Origin: an uncultured Methanolobus sp.
GTDB lineage: Archaea; Halobacteriota; Methanosarcinia; Methanosarcinales; Methanosarcinaceae
Length of the DNA: 64,000 nt
Assembly: GCA_963675495.1 (NCBI GenBank)
Contig: OY776215.1
Span: 2,272,001-2,336,000 of the forward strand
Direction of reading: 5' to 3'
In this document: piece after piece, positions 1-10,060 of the stretch
How the letters are laid out: each line of letters opens with the position of its first letter
Numbering within the stretch: the first letter of the stretch is position 1
Translations under genes and position numbers: made by a program
The notes under the pieces: generated by a model
What the model was told of the DNA's origin: nothing
What the model saw: only the letters and a program-made list of their open reading frames with translations
The model's database searches: none

Positions 1-775
1 ATTTACTTCCAATTTCATTGTTGTCAACGTAGTTATCCTCCATTAGTAAAAACAGTTCCATGGGGAAATCTGCAGTTTGTAAATAAATGTCGAATCCACA
101 CCTATTCAGTAATTGGGTTAAACTGGAGAAATTAAAATAGTTGATGTGATCAGGTATTGCCAGCCAATAGTGGGATTTGCACAATTTATGTTTATGTGTT
201 TGTAACTGAAGAACATTGAAATCATTTGGAACTTCTATACAAATCATTCCTGATTCATTTAGTAAACCCTTACAAATATTTATTATTTCAGTAGGATTTG
301 GTACATGTTCGAGCACACATTTTAAATTAATAAAATCAAAGTAATCATGCCATTTATTTTCTATAAAATCCTCGAGTGTAGTATTAAAAATATTAGTGCT
401 TAAATAATTGGCTCTTTCGCTTGCTGTATAGGAAGGTTCTATACCAAATGCTTCCCATCCATTTTCCTCCATAAATTTAAGGAAAAGTCCATTTCCACAA
501 CCAACATCTAATAACCTTTTATTACCATGAATATCATTTACGTAATTATTCAAGATGTCTAATTTATCCAGATACCATAAATTTGACCATTTTGTTTCTT
601 TAATTTCTTTTTCATAATCTAAAAGTTTTGGTTTTTTTTCCTGATAGTATTCCTTTTCATAGTATTTTTGATTTTCTTTTTTTGATGGAATTGGATTCAA
701 GTGTTTGAATCCACAAAAGTCACATTCGATTATTTCTACTTTTCCAAATGTTGTCACAACTTCCCCTTTATGCAT
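1..775 (-). CDS. Class I SAM-dependent methyltransferase with N-terminal CxxC; 3' end runs off the window
   Basis: Absent from the ORF track. Manual translation from ATG 775 gives MHKGEVVTTFGKVEIIECDFCGFKHLNPIPS...KRLLDVGCGNGLFLKFMEENGWEAFGIEPS, which contains SAM motif I (LDVGCGNG). GGTGA RBS upstream. Confidence 0.88.
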   Translation of the reverse strand, partial: MHKGEVVTTFGKVEIIECDFCGFKHLNPIPSKKENQKYYEKEYYQEKKPKLLDYEKEIKETKWSNLWYLDKLDILNNYVNDIHGNKRLLDVGCGNGLFLKFMEENGWEAFGIEPSYTASERANYLSTNIFNTTLEDFIENKWHDYFDFINLKCVLEHVPNPTEIINICKGLLNESGMICIEVPNDFNVLQLQTHKHKLCKSHYWLAIPDHINYFNFSSLTQLLNRCGFDIYLQTADFPMELFLLMEDNYVDNNEIGSK

Positions 776-900
776 AACATTCACCCAAAGTTCATTTTGC
801 AGTTAAAATTTAAATGCACAGATTCTTTAATTAATATTAATATATGTATATATATATAATGGCAATTGAAAGTTCGCCAAGTTTTCCTTTTTATATTGAT

Positions 901-1947
901 TTACTCCACACAATCCCAGCTTAAAGGAGTTCCTTTTCGAATATCTTTTCTTGCTTTTTTCTTTAGTATTTCACTTAAAAATTTAGTATGTAACCCGAAA
1001 CCAGGCCTTATAGATTTAATGTTTTTTTCAGTGAAAATATCTCCAGTTTTAACATCTTCCACAATAAATAAGGATCTTGAAAAATCCCTGCTTTTTTTTG
1101 CTTTCTCTGTCAATTCATAGCTGACTTCGCCAAGTGCTTTTTCAGTTTCTCTTACAGACTTTACCATAGCTTTGAATTCCTGTGGTTCAAGTGAAAATGC
1201 AGCATCAGGCCCTCCCATATTCCTGTTCAATATAAAGTGTTTCTCTATTATTTTTGCTCCAAGTGCAACAGATGCAATAGCTGCAGATATTCCAAGGGTG
1301 TGATCTGATAGTCCAACAACAGTTTTAAAAGTATCTTTGATATTTGGAATTGTATTCAAATTAAGTTCTTCAAGTGGTGCAGGATATGCAGATGTACATT
1401 TTAGTAGTGCAATTTGAGTATTTCCCATTCTTTTGCAGGCATTAATGGCTTTTTCTATGTCTGAGAGTGTCGCGATACCGGTGGATATGATAACTGGTTT
1501 TCCTTTTGATGCAACATACTCTATCAGGGGGATATCTGTTATTTCAAAAGATGCAATTTTGTAGGCAGTAACTTTCATATTTTCAAGAAAATCAACTGCA
1601 GTTGTATCAAAAGGGGAAGAGAAACAGATTAATCCAAGCTCTTCAGCTATCTTTTTAAGCTCCGGTTGCCACTCCCATGGAGTGTATGCTTCTTTATAGA
1701 GATTATAAAGTGTTTTCCCATCCCACAGAGTTCCGTGTTCTATTTGAAAGAACTCATTGTCACAGTCAATTGTAATTGTATCTGGTGTATATGTTTGAAG
1801 TTTTACAGCATCTGCACCAGATTCCTTAATTGCTTTTATTGTATCGACAGCAAGGTCAAAATTCTGGAGATGATTTGCTGAAATCTCTGCTATTACAAAT
1901 ACTGGATTTTTGTCTCCAATATGTCTGTCATCTATTTTAATTTCCAT
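901..1947 (-). CDS. pseI: Pseudaminic acid synthase (NeuB family)
   Basis: IAEISANH, GADAVKLQTYTPDTITID, KIASFEITDIPLI, GLSDHT, IEKHF and a C-terminal SAF domain (IRPGFG); lies in a pseB/pseC cluster. Confidence 0.93.
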   Translation of the reverse strand: MEIKIDDRHIGDKNPVFVIAEISANHLQNFDLAVDTIKAIKESGADAVKLQTYTPDTITIDCDNEFFQIEHGTLWDGKTLYNLYKEAYTPWEWQPELKKIAEELGLICFSSPFDTTAVDFLENMKVTAYKIASFEITDIPLIEYVASKGKPVIISTGIATLSDIEKAINACKRMGNTQIALLKCTSAYPAPLEELNLNTIPNIKDTFKTVVGLSDHTLGISAAIASVALGAKIIEKHFILNRNMGGPDAAFSLEPQEFKAMVKSVRETEKALGEVSYELTEKAKKSRDFSRSLFIVEDVKTGDIFTEKNIKSIRPGFGLHTKFLSEILKKKARKDIRKGTPLSWDCVE

Positions 1948-1995
1948 GTTTCCCTCAGCTGTCTAATTGCATATTGTTTATTTGCTAGCACCGAT

Positions 1996-2658
1996 TTACC
2001 TTTGACTTTCCGCTCTATTTTCCTTATTGTATGCACTCAAAATGTGGGTAATTTGCTGTTTTTCATAATCATTCAACTCATTCTTGACTTGAAAATGCGG
2101 TATGCCCAGACTTTTCGCTCCCTGTATGTCTGCGATAGGGTCATCTCCGACCATCAAGGCTTCAGAAGCATCTATATCATAAAATTGCAGGACATGCATG
2201 AAGTATTTAGGATGAGGTTTTGCAAAATCCAATCCATCCTGTTGTGAATAAAAGACCGTATCAAAATATCTGTCAATCCTCAAAGCCTCAACTTTCATTT
2301 TCTGAGGTAATAACCATCCGTTGGTAAGCAGACAGAGTTTGTATTCCTTTGATAGTTCCAACAAGAATATTTTGATGTCTTCTCTCAGGAATATTTCAGG
2401 GCAGTGTTCTCTATAGACATTCACCAACTTGCTGAGAATGAGGCTATCAATATTTAGTTTCCTGCAAAGATAATCGAAATTGTTCCCTCTTCCATTGAGG
2501 ACAAATGATTCTAATAACGAAGAGTAAACTGTGCACTGATCCAGAGATTTTTCCTTCGCCAAGAAAAGAGCAACGGCTTTAAATCCGCTGATTACGTATT
2601 CCCTCTCATTGTACAGCGTGTTGTCCAGGTCAAAGATTATTACTTTTGTCATGTTCAT
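1996..2658 (-). CDS. HAD-superfamily hydrolase
   Basis: IIFDLDNTLY, LLTNG, KPHP, MVGDDPIADIQGA motifs. Start moved to ATG 2658 (track start 2676). Confidence 0.88.
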   Translation of the reverse strand: MNMTKVIIFDLDNTLYNEREYVISGFKAVALFLAKEKSLDQCTVYSSLLESFVLNGRGNNFDYLCRKLNIDSLILSKLVNVYREHCPEIFLREDIKIFLLELSKEYKLCLLTNGWLLPQKMKVEALRIDRYFDTVFYSQQDGLDFAKPHPKYFMHVLQFYDIDASEALMVGDDPIADIQGAKSLGIPHFQVKNELNDYEKQQITHILSAYNKENRAESQR

Positions 2659-3604
2659 CAATAAATATGTCCTCACTATACCGCAGCATCATGAGACCTT
2701 CTTTGAAAGGTTCTACTTCAATTTTCCTTTTATTCAGTAGTTTGATCAGGTAAAGAGGGGTACTCCTTCCAGATGCGAAACTTAAATTTGAAGCTCCTCC
2801 AAAGCGGGGATTCACTTCGATGAATTTAACTTCTCCTGATCCTGTTCTAAAACATTGGATTACATTATGACCTATTAACTTCATTTTTGTAGCAAGTGTA
2901 ATGCAAAGGTCTGTTATTTCCGAATCGTTCACTGTGACTCCTACTTTTGATTCTCCTGAAACCACCTTTACTCTCACCCTTGGGACCAAGCTGATATAAT
3001 TTCCATCAAAATCTGAAAAATAATCAATGCTGTACTCGTTTCCTTCTATATATTCCTGTATGATCGGGTCGTTGATATTGTCAATTAGTTCATGCAACTC
3101 TCCTTTGTCTTTGATGATATAAAATTTCCTTGCACCTGCGCCAGTTTTTGATTTCAGCACGCAGGGATATGTGATATCGTCAGAAATATGTGTCCATGAC
3201 ATTATTGCTGGCAGATCATGTTCCTGTAGGAATCTGAAGAATTCGAATTTATCTGAGCACAGATTTGCAACGTCAGGGTCCGGGACCATGACCTTTGCCA
3301 TAGTTCTGTCTTCAATGTGCCTTTTATGTTTTGACAGGTAAAGGACATCCTCATCCCTTGTTGGAACAATAAGACGCACTTTATTTTCGAGACACATTCT
3401 TTCTATGAAATCTATATAGTCAGGACTATCCAGTCTGGGGCATATTGTATACTCATCACAGAAGTAAAGCGCTGCAGAAAGGGGGTCAATATCTATTCCA
3501 ATAACTTTTCCTTTATCCTTTTCTTCTGCCAATGCCTTTTTGAACTCTTTTACAAGCAGTACTTTCGTAGAAACACTTGTAATAAGGACCGTAGTTTCAG
3601 TCAT
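2630..3604 (-). CDS. ATP-grasp domain protein (carbamoyl-phosphate synthase-like/PylC-like ligase)
   Basis: LCSDKFEF, PCVLKSKTGAGA, IIQEYIEGNEYSID, FIEVNPRFGG. Confidence 0.88.
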   Translation of the reverse strand: MTETTVLITSVSTKVLLVKEFKKALAEEKDKGKVIGIDIDPLSAALYFCDEYTICPRLDSPDYIDFIERMCLENKVRLIVPTRDEDVLYLSKHKRHIEDRTMAKVMVPDPDVANLCSDKFEFFRFLQEHDLPAIMSWTHISDDITYPCVLKSKTGAGARKFYIIKDKGELHELIDNINDPIIQEYIEGNEYSIDYFSDFDGNYISLVPRVRVKVVSGESKVGVTVNDSEITDLCITLATKMKLIGHNVIQCFRTGSGEVKFIEVNPRFGGASNLSFASGRSTPLYLIKLLNKRKIEVEPFKEGLMMLRYSEDIFIDEHDKSNNL

Positions 3605-4545
3605 CTCAGTAATCTCTTTTCATAATTGATTATTTCCTTTATTCCGGATTCGAGATCGTATTCCGGAGACCAGGAAAGTTCATTTCGCAGTTTACTGATA
3701 TCCGCACAACTTGATTCAAATAACTCTTCTCTGGATTCTATCGTATTGACATCGAAAATCTCAAGGTTATTTTTCAGGACCATGACAACGTCTTTTACTC
3801 TAGATGAAACACCCGTTCCCAGATTGTAGATGCCTTTAGCATTCTCATTCTCACCCAATTTTAACAGCCCTGCAGCTACATCTCTTGCAAATATGTAGTC
3901 AAAACGATTGTTCTCGTTAAATAATGTGATGTTTTCTTTTTGAAGTATAGCCCTGACCCATCTGGAGATCACATCACGTGATCCTTTTCCATATACTCTG
4001 AATATCCTTGCAGATACGCAATCGAAAGGATATTCATTATTCCTGCTAAGAAATTCTAGATCTGCCTCTGTTTGAAGTTTTGCCACACCTACAGTGTTCC
4101 TGGGGTTTATGGTAGAACTTTCATTCAAAAGGTTTTGTTCTTCAATGTTGTTATATTGCTTTTCGTCGTATATCAGGTAACTAGATGCGAAGATCACTTT
4201 CTTGAGGGAGGGACATTTGATAATCTGGTCGATCAGATTGTGGGATGCAAGGATATTATTCTTAAAATTTGACTCCCAAAAGTCCTTTCTTTCTTCAGTT
4301 CTTTCAAAATCGGCAGCTAAATGAAAAACATATTCCGGTTCAAAGCGGAAAAGGAACTGGTTATCGGTTCTTGAAAGGTCCATCTGGAAATATTCTATAT
4401 CACTCAGTTCTGAAGGCTTTTCTTGGAAATCCACACATCTTATTGTAGCTCCCTGATTTCTGAGCATATCAATGAGTTCTTTTCCAATTACTCCTGCTCC
4501 ACCCGTTACTAATACTCTTTTGTTCTTGAAAAACATGATGTTCAC
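3601..4545 (-). CDS. NAD-dependent epimerase/dehydratase (extended SDR)
   Basis: VLVTGGAGVIG, VFHLAA, FASS, RIFRVYG, YNLGTG. The usual YxxxK appears as VGVAK. Confidence 0.88.
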   Translation of the reverse strand: MNIMFFKNKRVLVTGGAGVIGKELIDMLRNQGATIRCVDFQEKPSELSDIEYFQMDLSRTDNQFLFRFEPEYVFHLAADFERTEERKDFWESNFKNNILASHNLIDQIIKCPSLKKVIFASSYLIYDEKQYNNIEEQNLLNESSTINPRNTVGVAKLQTEADLEFLSRNNEYPFDCVSARIFRVYGKGSRDVISRWVRAILQKENITLFNENNRFDYIFARDVAAGLLKLGENENAKGIYNLGTGVSSRVKDVVMVLKNNLEIFDVNTIESREELFESSCADISKLRNELSWSPEYDLESGIKEIINYEKRLLR

Positions 4546-4546
4546 C

Positions 4547-5089
4547 TTATAAATATTCAGATCTTAATATCGAATGTATTACACTGTCATGGTATTCACC
4601 ATTCTTGAAAACGTGTTTTCTGAGGATGCCATCTCTTTTCAGCCCGAAGCTTTCCAATGTTTTGATGTGACCTTCCCTGTAAACATAGGTTTCTGTATAT
4701 ATCTTATTCATATTGAGTTGCCTAAATCCATATTCTGAGAGCATTTTAAGGACTGAGAGCAGTGTTTTATCGTGTACGTCATTGTCACATTCATGATCAG
4801 TGTCTAATAAAAAAGATAATTCTCCTCTGGATGATATATAGTCGATATTGGTAAGACCACAATAACCACGCAGTTTTTCATTATCGTCAATAATTGAAAA
4901 AAGAACTGAATCAGTGCTATTGGCAATGATTTCCCAGTATTTGTCCTGATTCCTGTCAGTAAGAGGCTTCCATTGACGGAGTATGGACATTTGCTCATTG
5001 CGCCATTTTTTAATATTTTCCAGATCAGCAAATTCTATGTTCGATAAGTATAATCCATTTGCTTCGAATATTTTTGCTCTCAAGACCAA
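4547..5089 (-). CDS. GNAT/RimJ-type N-acetyltransferase (PseH-like)
   Basis: WRNEQ, GYCGLTNID, YGFRQLNMNKIY, GILRKHVFKNGEYHD; position in the pse cluster. Confidence 0.8.
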   Translation of the reverse strand: MVLRAKIFEANGLYLSNIEFADLENIKKWRNEQMSILRQWKPLTDRNQDKYWEIIANSTDSVLFSIIDDNEKLRGYCGLTNIDYISSRGELSFLLDTDHECDNDVHDKTLLSVLKMLSEYGFRQLNMNKIYTETYVYREGHIKTLESFGLKRDGILRKHVFKNGEYHDSVIHSILRSEYL

Positions 5090-5133
5090 ATCTCCTATAT
5101 TGTATTTAACGAAACAACATTATATTTTTACTA

Positions 5134-5868
5134 TTAATGTACTGTTTTTTGCATAATATGTTCGTTTATTTTTATTAAATCCGGTTGTTTAATCAATAAT
5201 TCTTTGATATCTTCCAGCAAAAAAGTTTTTTTTGTAGGGTGCAGATGCTGGTAGATTTTTGTGATTAAGTCAAAATCTTCTGCCGTGTCCAGTGTAAGTC
5301 GTAAATGACTCAAGTCCTCTTCATTTGATACATTACATTGCTTAAAAATATCGGGATGTTCTCTTATATATGGCGTTACATGTTCCCTTTCATAATCTTC
5401 CTTTGCTTCGTTCCATGCTTTTTCAAGAACATTGAAAGTGAAAATTTCCGTATCCATTCCTCTTGGATATGTAAGTTTTAAAGTGTTGGAACAATAATCA
5501 CATTTGTTATTCTGAAATTTTTCAATAACCTTATCGATTATGGTTGGGTCGATCAATGGGCAATCCGATGTGATTCTAACTATTATATCGGCCTCAGTCT
5601 GTACAGCAGCTTTGTAGTACCTGTCCAGAACATCACTCTCACTTCCTCTGGACACGATGATTTTGTCATTATATTGTCTTGTCGTGCTTTCAATAATGTC
5701 ATTTTCATCATCATATGGTATAGCGATGACAATCTCATCTATCAATGCTGAGCTAGATATTCTATCAATGTCCCACAGTATTATAGGTTTATCCAGAATA
5801 GTTCTCATTACTTTTCCTGGAAGGCGGGTGGATCCCATCCTTGCTTGAACGATTGCCACAATTTTCAT
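5134..5868 (-). CDS. SpsF-like cytidylyltransferase family protein (candidate CMP-Pse synthetase)
   Basis: AIVQARMGSTRLPGKV, RGSESDVLDRY, VRITSDCPLID, REHVTPYI, RLTLDT. Confidence 0.85.
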   Translation of the reverse strand: MKIVAIVQARMGSTRLPGKVMRTILDKPIILWDIDRISSSALIDEIVIAIPYDDENDIIESTTRQYNDKIIVSRGSESDVLDRYYKAAVQTEADIIVRITSDCPLIDPTIIDKVIEKFQNNKCDYCSNTLKLTYPRGMDTEIFTFNVLEKAWNEAKEDYEREHVTPYIREHPDIFKQCNVSNEEDLSHLRLTLDTAEDFDLITKIYQHLHPTKKTFLLEDIKELLIKQPDLIKINEHIMQKTVH

Positions 5869-5878
5869 ATTGAACGTC

Positions 5879-7018
5879 CTATCCCTTATTTTTAATAAAA
5901 TCCGATATTGAGGATGTAACGTATTCTACATCTTTCTCTTCCATGCTAGGGTACAATGGCAATGTAATTATTCTATTAAAAACATCTTCAGTTACAGGAT
6001 AATCTTTTTCTTTAAAGTCAAAACTCTCCTGATAGTAAGTATGTCTGTAAACAGGTATGTAGTGAACATTTGTCCCAATGTTCTTTTCGGTTCGTAGGTA
6101 TTTGAAAAGATCGTCTCTGTTTATCTTATCATCAAGTAAGATTGTATAGATATGCCATCCGTGCCTGATTCCTTCTTTCACAGAAGGAAGGCTTAATAAA
6201 TCTATATCTTGAAGTAATTCCTCATAATATGAGGCTATCTCGTTCCTTCTTTCTATAAAACGGTCAATCTTTTTTAGCTGGGATATTCCTAGAGAAGCCT
6301 GAATATCTGTCATACGATAATTCCGGCCAAGCATTTTCATATCGTATGCCCACCCGGCATTTGGCCCATATCGCGACATTGCGTCCCTGTCTATTCCATG
6401 GCTATGGAGCATTCTTGTTTTTTGTGCCAGTTCCGGATCATTGGTAACTACCGCCCCGCCTTCCCCTGTAGTGATAGGTTTTACCGGATGGAAACTGAAT
6501 ACTGTGATATCTGCAAAATTACCCACTTTTTGACCATGGTAGCTCGCTCCAAAAGAGTGGCAGGCATCTTCGATTAAATAAAGGTCATTTTCATTTGCAA
6601 TGTTCTGTATTTCTTCTATGTCACAGGGATGTCCAGCGTAATCTACATAGACTATTGCCTTTGTTCTTGGTGTGATCTTCCGTTCAATGTCCTTTAGGTC
6701 AATGTTACGTGTTTCTCTGTCTATATCTGCAAAAATAGGTTTTAGTCCATTGTAAAGAAGTGCATTGCTGGTGGCCGCAAATGTGAATGGAGTGGTAATA
6801 ACCTCTGAACCTTTGGGTAGATCAAGTGATGCTACTGCAATATCAAGTGCACTGGTACCGCTGTTTACAGCTATGGCATATTTGCATCCAATGTAGTCAC
6901 AAATAGCCCTCTCAAATTCTGATACCTTTGGACCCGTCGTTAACCAATCACTTTTCAGAACCTTTACTACTTCTTCTATATCTTCGTCATCGATAGTTTG
7001 GTGTCCATAAGGAATCAT
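5879..7018 (-). CDS. pseC: UDP-4-amino-4,6-dideoxy-N-acetyl-beta-L-altrosamine transaminase (DegT family)
   Basis: MIPYGHQTI, SDWLTTGP, IEDACH, FSFHPVKPITTGEGG, NYRMTDIQA, VHYIPV. Confidence 0.9.
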   Translation of the reverse strand: MIPYGHQTIDDEDIEEVVKVLKSDWLTTGPKVSEFERAICDYIGCKYAIAVNSGTSALDIAVASLDLPKGSEVITTPFTFAATSNALLYNGLKPIFADIDRETRNIDLKDIERKITPRTKAIVYVDYAGHPCDIEEIQNIANENDLYLIEDACHSFGASYHGQKVGNFADITVFSFHPVKPITTGEGGAVVTNDPELAQKTRMLHSHGIDRDAMSRYGPNAGWAYDMKMLGRNYRMTDIQASLGISQLKKIDRFIERRNEIASYYEELLQDIDLLSLPSVKEGIRHGWHIYTILLDDKINRDDLFKYLRTEKNIGTNVHYIPVYRHTYYQESFDFKEKDYPVTEDVFNRIITLPLYPSMEEKDVEYVTSSISDFIKNKG

Positions 7019-7422
7019 AATTCAACCTCATACGGAATCGTATCTTCTTTTTCCTCGGAGTTTTTACTAAACACTATTATGCTTGCTTCATAATTTGAAA
7101 TGTTTTTTACTGCATGAGCAATATATGGTGGGATGTAGATTATTTCGTATTTAATTGATTCCGAATCTAAAATTATCTCTTCATATTCATTGGAATCCAC
7201 ATCCTTTAAACACAACTTGACTTTTCCTGTAGCCAATGCTATCCATTCTTCCTTATTTTTATGATAGTGATTGGCTCTGGTCTTCATAGGTTTGATAGAT
7301 ACCACATAGGTATGCACGCAGTTGAATGGCTCGTCTTCATAGTTCATTGATACTATCTCTGAGAGCCATCCATCCTCCCTTTCATGTTTGATCCGTGGCA
7401 GTTTGGTATATAACATAAGCAC
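7015..7422 (-). CDS. WxcM/FdtA-like cupin (sugar isomerase/epimerase)
   Basis: EDGWLSE, RANHYH..KEEWI, IYIPPYIAHAVKN cupin motifs. Confidence 0.8.
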   Translation of the reverse strand: MLMLYTKLPRIKHEREDGWLSEIVSMNYEDEPFNCVHTYVVSIKPMKTRANHYHKNKEEWIALATGKVKLCLKDVDSNEYEEIILDSESIKYEIIYIPPYIAHAVKNISNYEASIIVFSKNSEEKEDTIPYEVEL

Positions 7423-7423
7423 A

Positions 7424-8404
7424 TTATAACATTTGCTTTAGTTCATCAACTGTGAGCCATTTATCATTTATTTCACTTGAATATCTGTAGTTATCAGGAA
7501 GGTTCCTGCCTGAAGAAGTAGTTTCCTTTTTCCAGAATGAAAACTCAGGTTCAATTACAAAGTAGTCATCAAACTCTTTTGCATGTCTTGATTCATCCTC
7601 AGTAATCATAATTTCGTGTAGTTTTTCCCCTGGTCTGATACCGGTGAATTTTTTTGTTGCTTCAGGAGCAATTGCACCTGCTAGATCTGTTATTTTCATA
7701 CTGGCTATTTTTGGGATAAAAATTTCTCCCCCTTGCATTCTTTGTATCGAATTCAGTACAAAATTAACACCTTGATCAAGAGTTAGCCAGAAACGTGTCA
7801 TTCTGTCATCGGTAATTGTCAGAACACCTTCTTTTTTCTGTTCATTGAACAATGGTATTACACTTCCACGGCTACCGATTACATTTCCATATCTTACACA
7901 GCTAAACTTGGTTTTCCCTTTTCCAGTATAGGTGTTACCCTGAACGAACATTTTTTCAGCAACCATTTTTGTTGCTCCGTAAAGATTTACAGGATGAACG
8001 GCTTTGTCTGTGCTGATAGCCATTACATTTTCAACGGAATTATCAATGGCCGCATCAATTACATTGACAGAGCCGTCAATATTGGTCTTCACTGCTTCTA
8101 TTGGATTGTATTCGCAGGCAGGAACTTGTTTTAGTGCTGCTGCATGGACAACGATGTCTATCCCATTCATTGCACGATATAGTCTTTCCCTATCCCTTAC
8201 ATCACCAATCAGAAAACGTAATCGATCATCATTGAATCTTTGTTTCATTTTATATTGATTGTATTCTCCTCTGGAATATATTCTCAGACTTTTAGGATTG
8301 TGGTTCTTGAGAACAATTTCTGTAAATTTTTGGCCAAAAGAGCCAGTACCTCCGGTAAGGAGTATATTTTTGCCTTCTAATGCATATCCATGGGTTTGTT
8401 CCAT
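7424..8404 (-). CDS. pseB: UDP-N-acetylglucosamine 4,6-dehydratase (inverting)
   Basis: TGGTGSFG, HAAALKQVPACEYNP, STDKAVHPVNLYGATK, VRYGNVIGSRGSVIP, GIRPGEKLHE. ATG 8404 preferred over TTG 8413. Confidence 0.93.
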   Translation of the reverse strand: MEQTHGYALEGKNILLTGGTGSFGQKFTEIVLKNHNPKSLRIYSRGEYNQYKMKQRFNDDRLRFLIGDVRDRERLYRAMNGIDIVVHAAALKQVPACEYNPIEAVKTNIDGSVNVIDAAIDNSVENVMAISTDKAVHPVNLYGATKMVAEKMFVQGNTYTGKGKTKFSCVRYGNVIGSRGSVIPLFNEQKKEGVLTITDDRMTRFWLTLDQGVNFVLNSIQRMQGGEIFIPKIASMKITDLAGAIAPEATKKFTGIRPGEKLHEIMITEDESRHAKEFDDYFVIEPEFSFWKKETTSSGRNLPDNYRYSSEINDKWLTVDELKQML

Positions 8405-8860
8405 ATTTCTCAACTATTCCTGCTATATAATGATGTGGATGTATTATCTTGTGGTTTGTAACATCAAATTTTTTATTCGGTATTTCCAATTTAATTATTT
8501 TCACTATCTGATAGTATAAAATACTGAATTGTCCATCCGTTTTTGTCTCAATTATTATTTATAACGCTGTTTGAATTATGAACGTTTAACGTGCAGAATG
8601 CATTAACAACTATGGATTGACTACCACATTGATTGAAATGTTTTCGTAACCATACTATAAGATATTCATTGTTATATATTTTATTATAAAAACCAATAAA
8701 AATATATCTAATCGTTACATCTTGGTGTAATATTGTATAATTGGAACTACATCTTAAAGGTCCACAATTATGTCATGTTCTATACTTAAATATCGAACCT
8801 GTCTATTGTGTGCTAATCAAATTAGTTTACGTTATTATTTTGTTTTTCCAGAATAAAGTG

Positions 8861-10048
8861 ATGATAATGGTAAGAAAGGGTTTGTTTTTTATATCAGATT
8901 ATAGGGATGTGACTTGTAAGCCTGGAAGAGATCCAGCTTATTGGATATTGAAATCACTTGATAAAAACGAAAACTTTGATGTTTATAGCACGGCTAACAA
9001 TATTATTAATAATAAATGCTTTGACAATATTTCATTTTCCAGTATCGCCTACAAAGGGACAGTTAATATTCAGGTACCTACTTACAATTGGGGTCTCTAT
9101 AAAAGCTTCAAAAAAGTTCAGGACAAAATTGATATTATTCATCACTGTGAAAAATTTCAGGTTGGTAAAGGCTATAATTTCATCCCCCTCATTTCTGATA
9201 TGCGTGACAAGAATTTTATTATAGGCCCAATAGAAGTCCCCCATGAACTTTTCAAAGATGATTTTTTAGGAAACAGTCAAAGTTCTGAACGTTTAATTAA
9301 ATCCCTTGTTTATCATAGCAGAAGCAGTATGGCTCTTCCTTTCAAGATATTATTTGATAAGACAGTTGAACATGCAGATAAATTTGTAGTACCAAACGAA
9401 TCCACCAAGTTTGAACTTGCCCGATATGTTAGCAAAAAATCTATTGAAGTCATTAATTTTGGTGTAGATCTTTCTCTTTACAAAAAATATGAATATCGTA
9501 ATGATGATAACAATCACAATATTATTTACGCCGGAGAAGCATCAGAAAGAAAGGGTGTTATGTATTTAATAAAAGCTCTTCCTCTAATTAAAAGAAATTA
9601 CCCAGATGTTACTTTACATTTAAGATCAGATGGGCTAAAGCTTGATGAATTTAAACAAAAAGTTGTGGAATTAGGAATACAGGATAGTGTTGTCTTCCAT
9701 GACAAATTGGATAAAGAGAATTATTTGGATTTAATTTCAAATTGTAGAGTTGTTTGTCTACCTACATTATCTGACAGTTATTGTTACATTGCTTTAGATG
9801 CATTATGTTTGGGTGTTCCTGTAGTTGCAACGACTGAATGCAAATGCGATGATTTGTTTGAGAATGGTGAGATTGGTATAAGGGTCGAACCAAAAGATTC
9901 CGAACAGTTGGCTGATGCAATACTAAATTTGTTTGGTGATTCTGAATTATGTCAGCTGTTCAGTGAAAACGGACTGAAAAAAAGGGACAAATTTGATTTT
10001 AAAAACATAGTTCCTAAATATTTGGATATTTATGAGCAATATATTTGA
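8861..10048 (+). CDS. Glycosyltransferase family 4
   Basis: GT-B motifs INFGVD, ERKGVMYLIKA, DALCLGVPVVAT, EPKDSEQLADAI. Start moved from track 8741 to ATG 8861. Confidence 0.87.
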   Translation: MIMVRKGLFFISDYRDVTCKPGRDPAYWILKSLDKNENFDVYSTANNIINNKCFDNISFSSIAYKGTVNIQVPTYNWGLYKSFKKVQDKIDIIHHCEKFQVGKGYNFIPLISDMRDKNFIIGPIEVPHELFKDDFLGNSQSSERLIKSLVYHSRSSMALPFKILFDKTVEHADKFVVPNESTKFELARYVSKKSIEVINFGVDLSLYKKYEYRNDDNNHNIIYAGEASERKGVMYLIKALPLIKRNYPDVTLHLRSDGLKLDEFKQKVVELGIQDSVVFHDKLDKENYLDLISNCRVVCLPTLSDSYCYIALDALCLGVPVVATTECKCDDLFENGEIGIRVEPKDSEQLADAILNLFGDSELCQLFSENGLKKRDKFDFKNIVPKYLDIYEQYI

Positions 10049-10060
10049 TGATGAGGTTTA

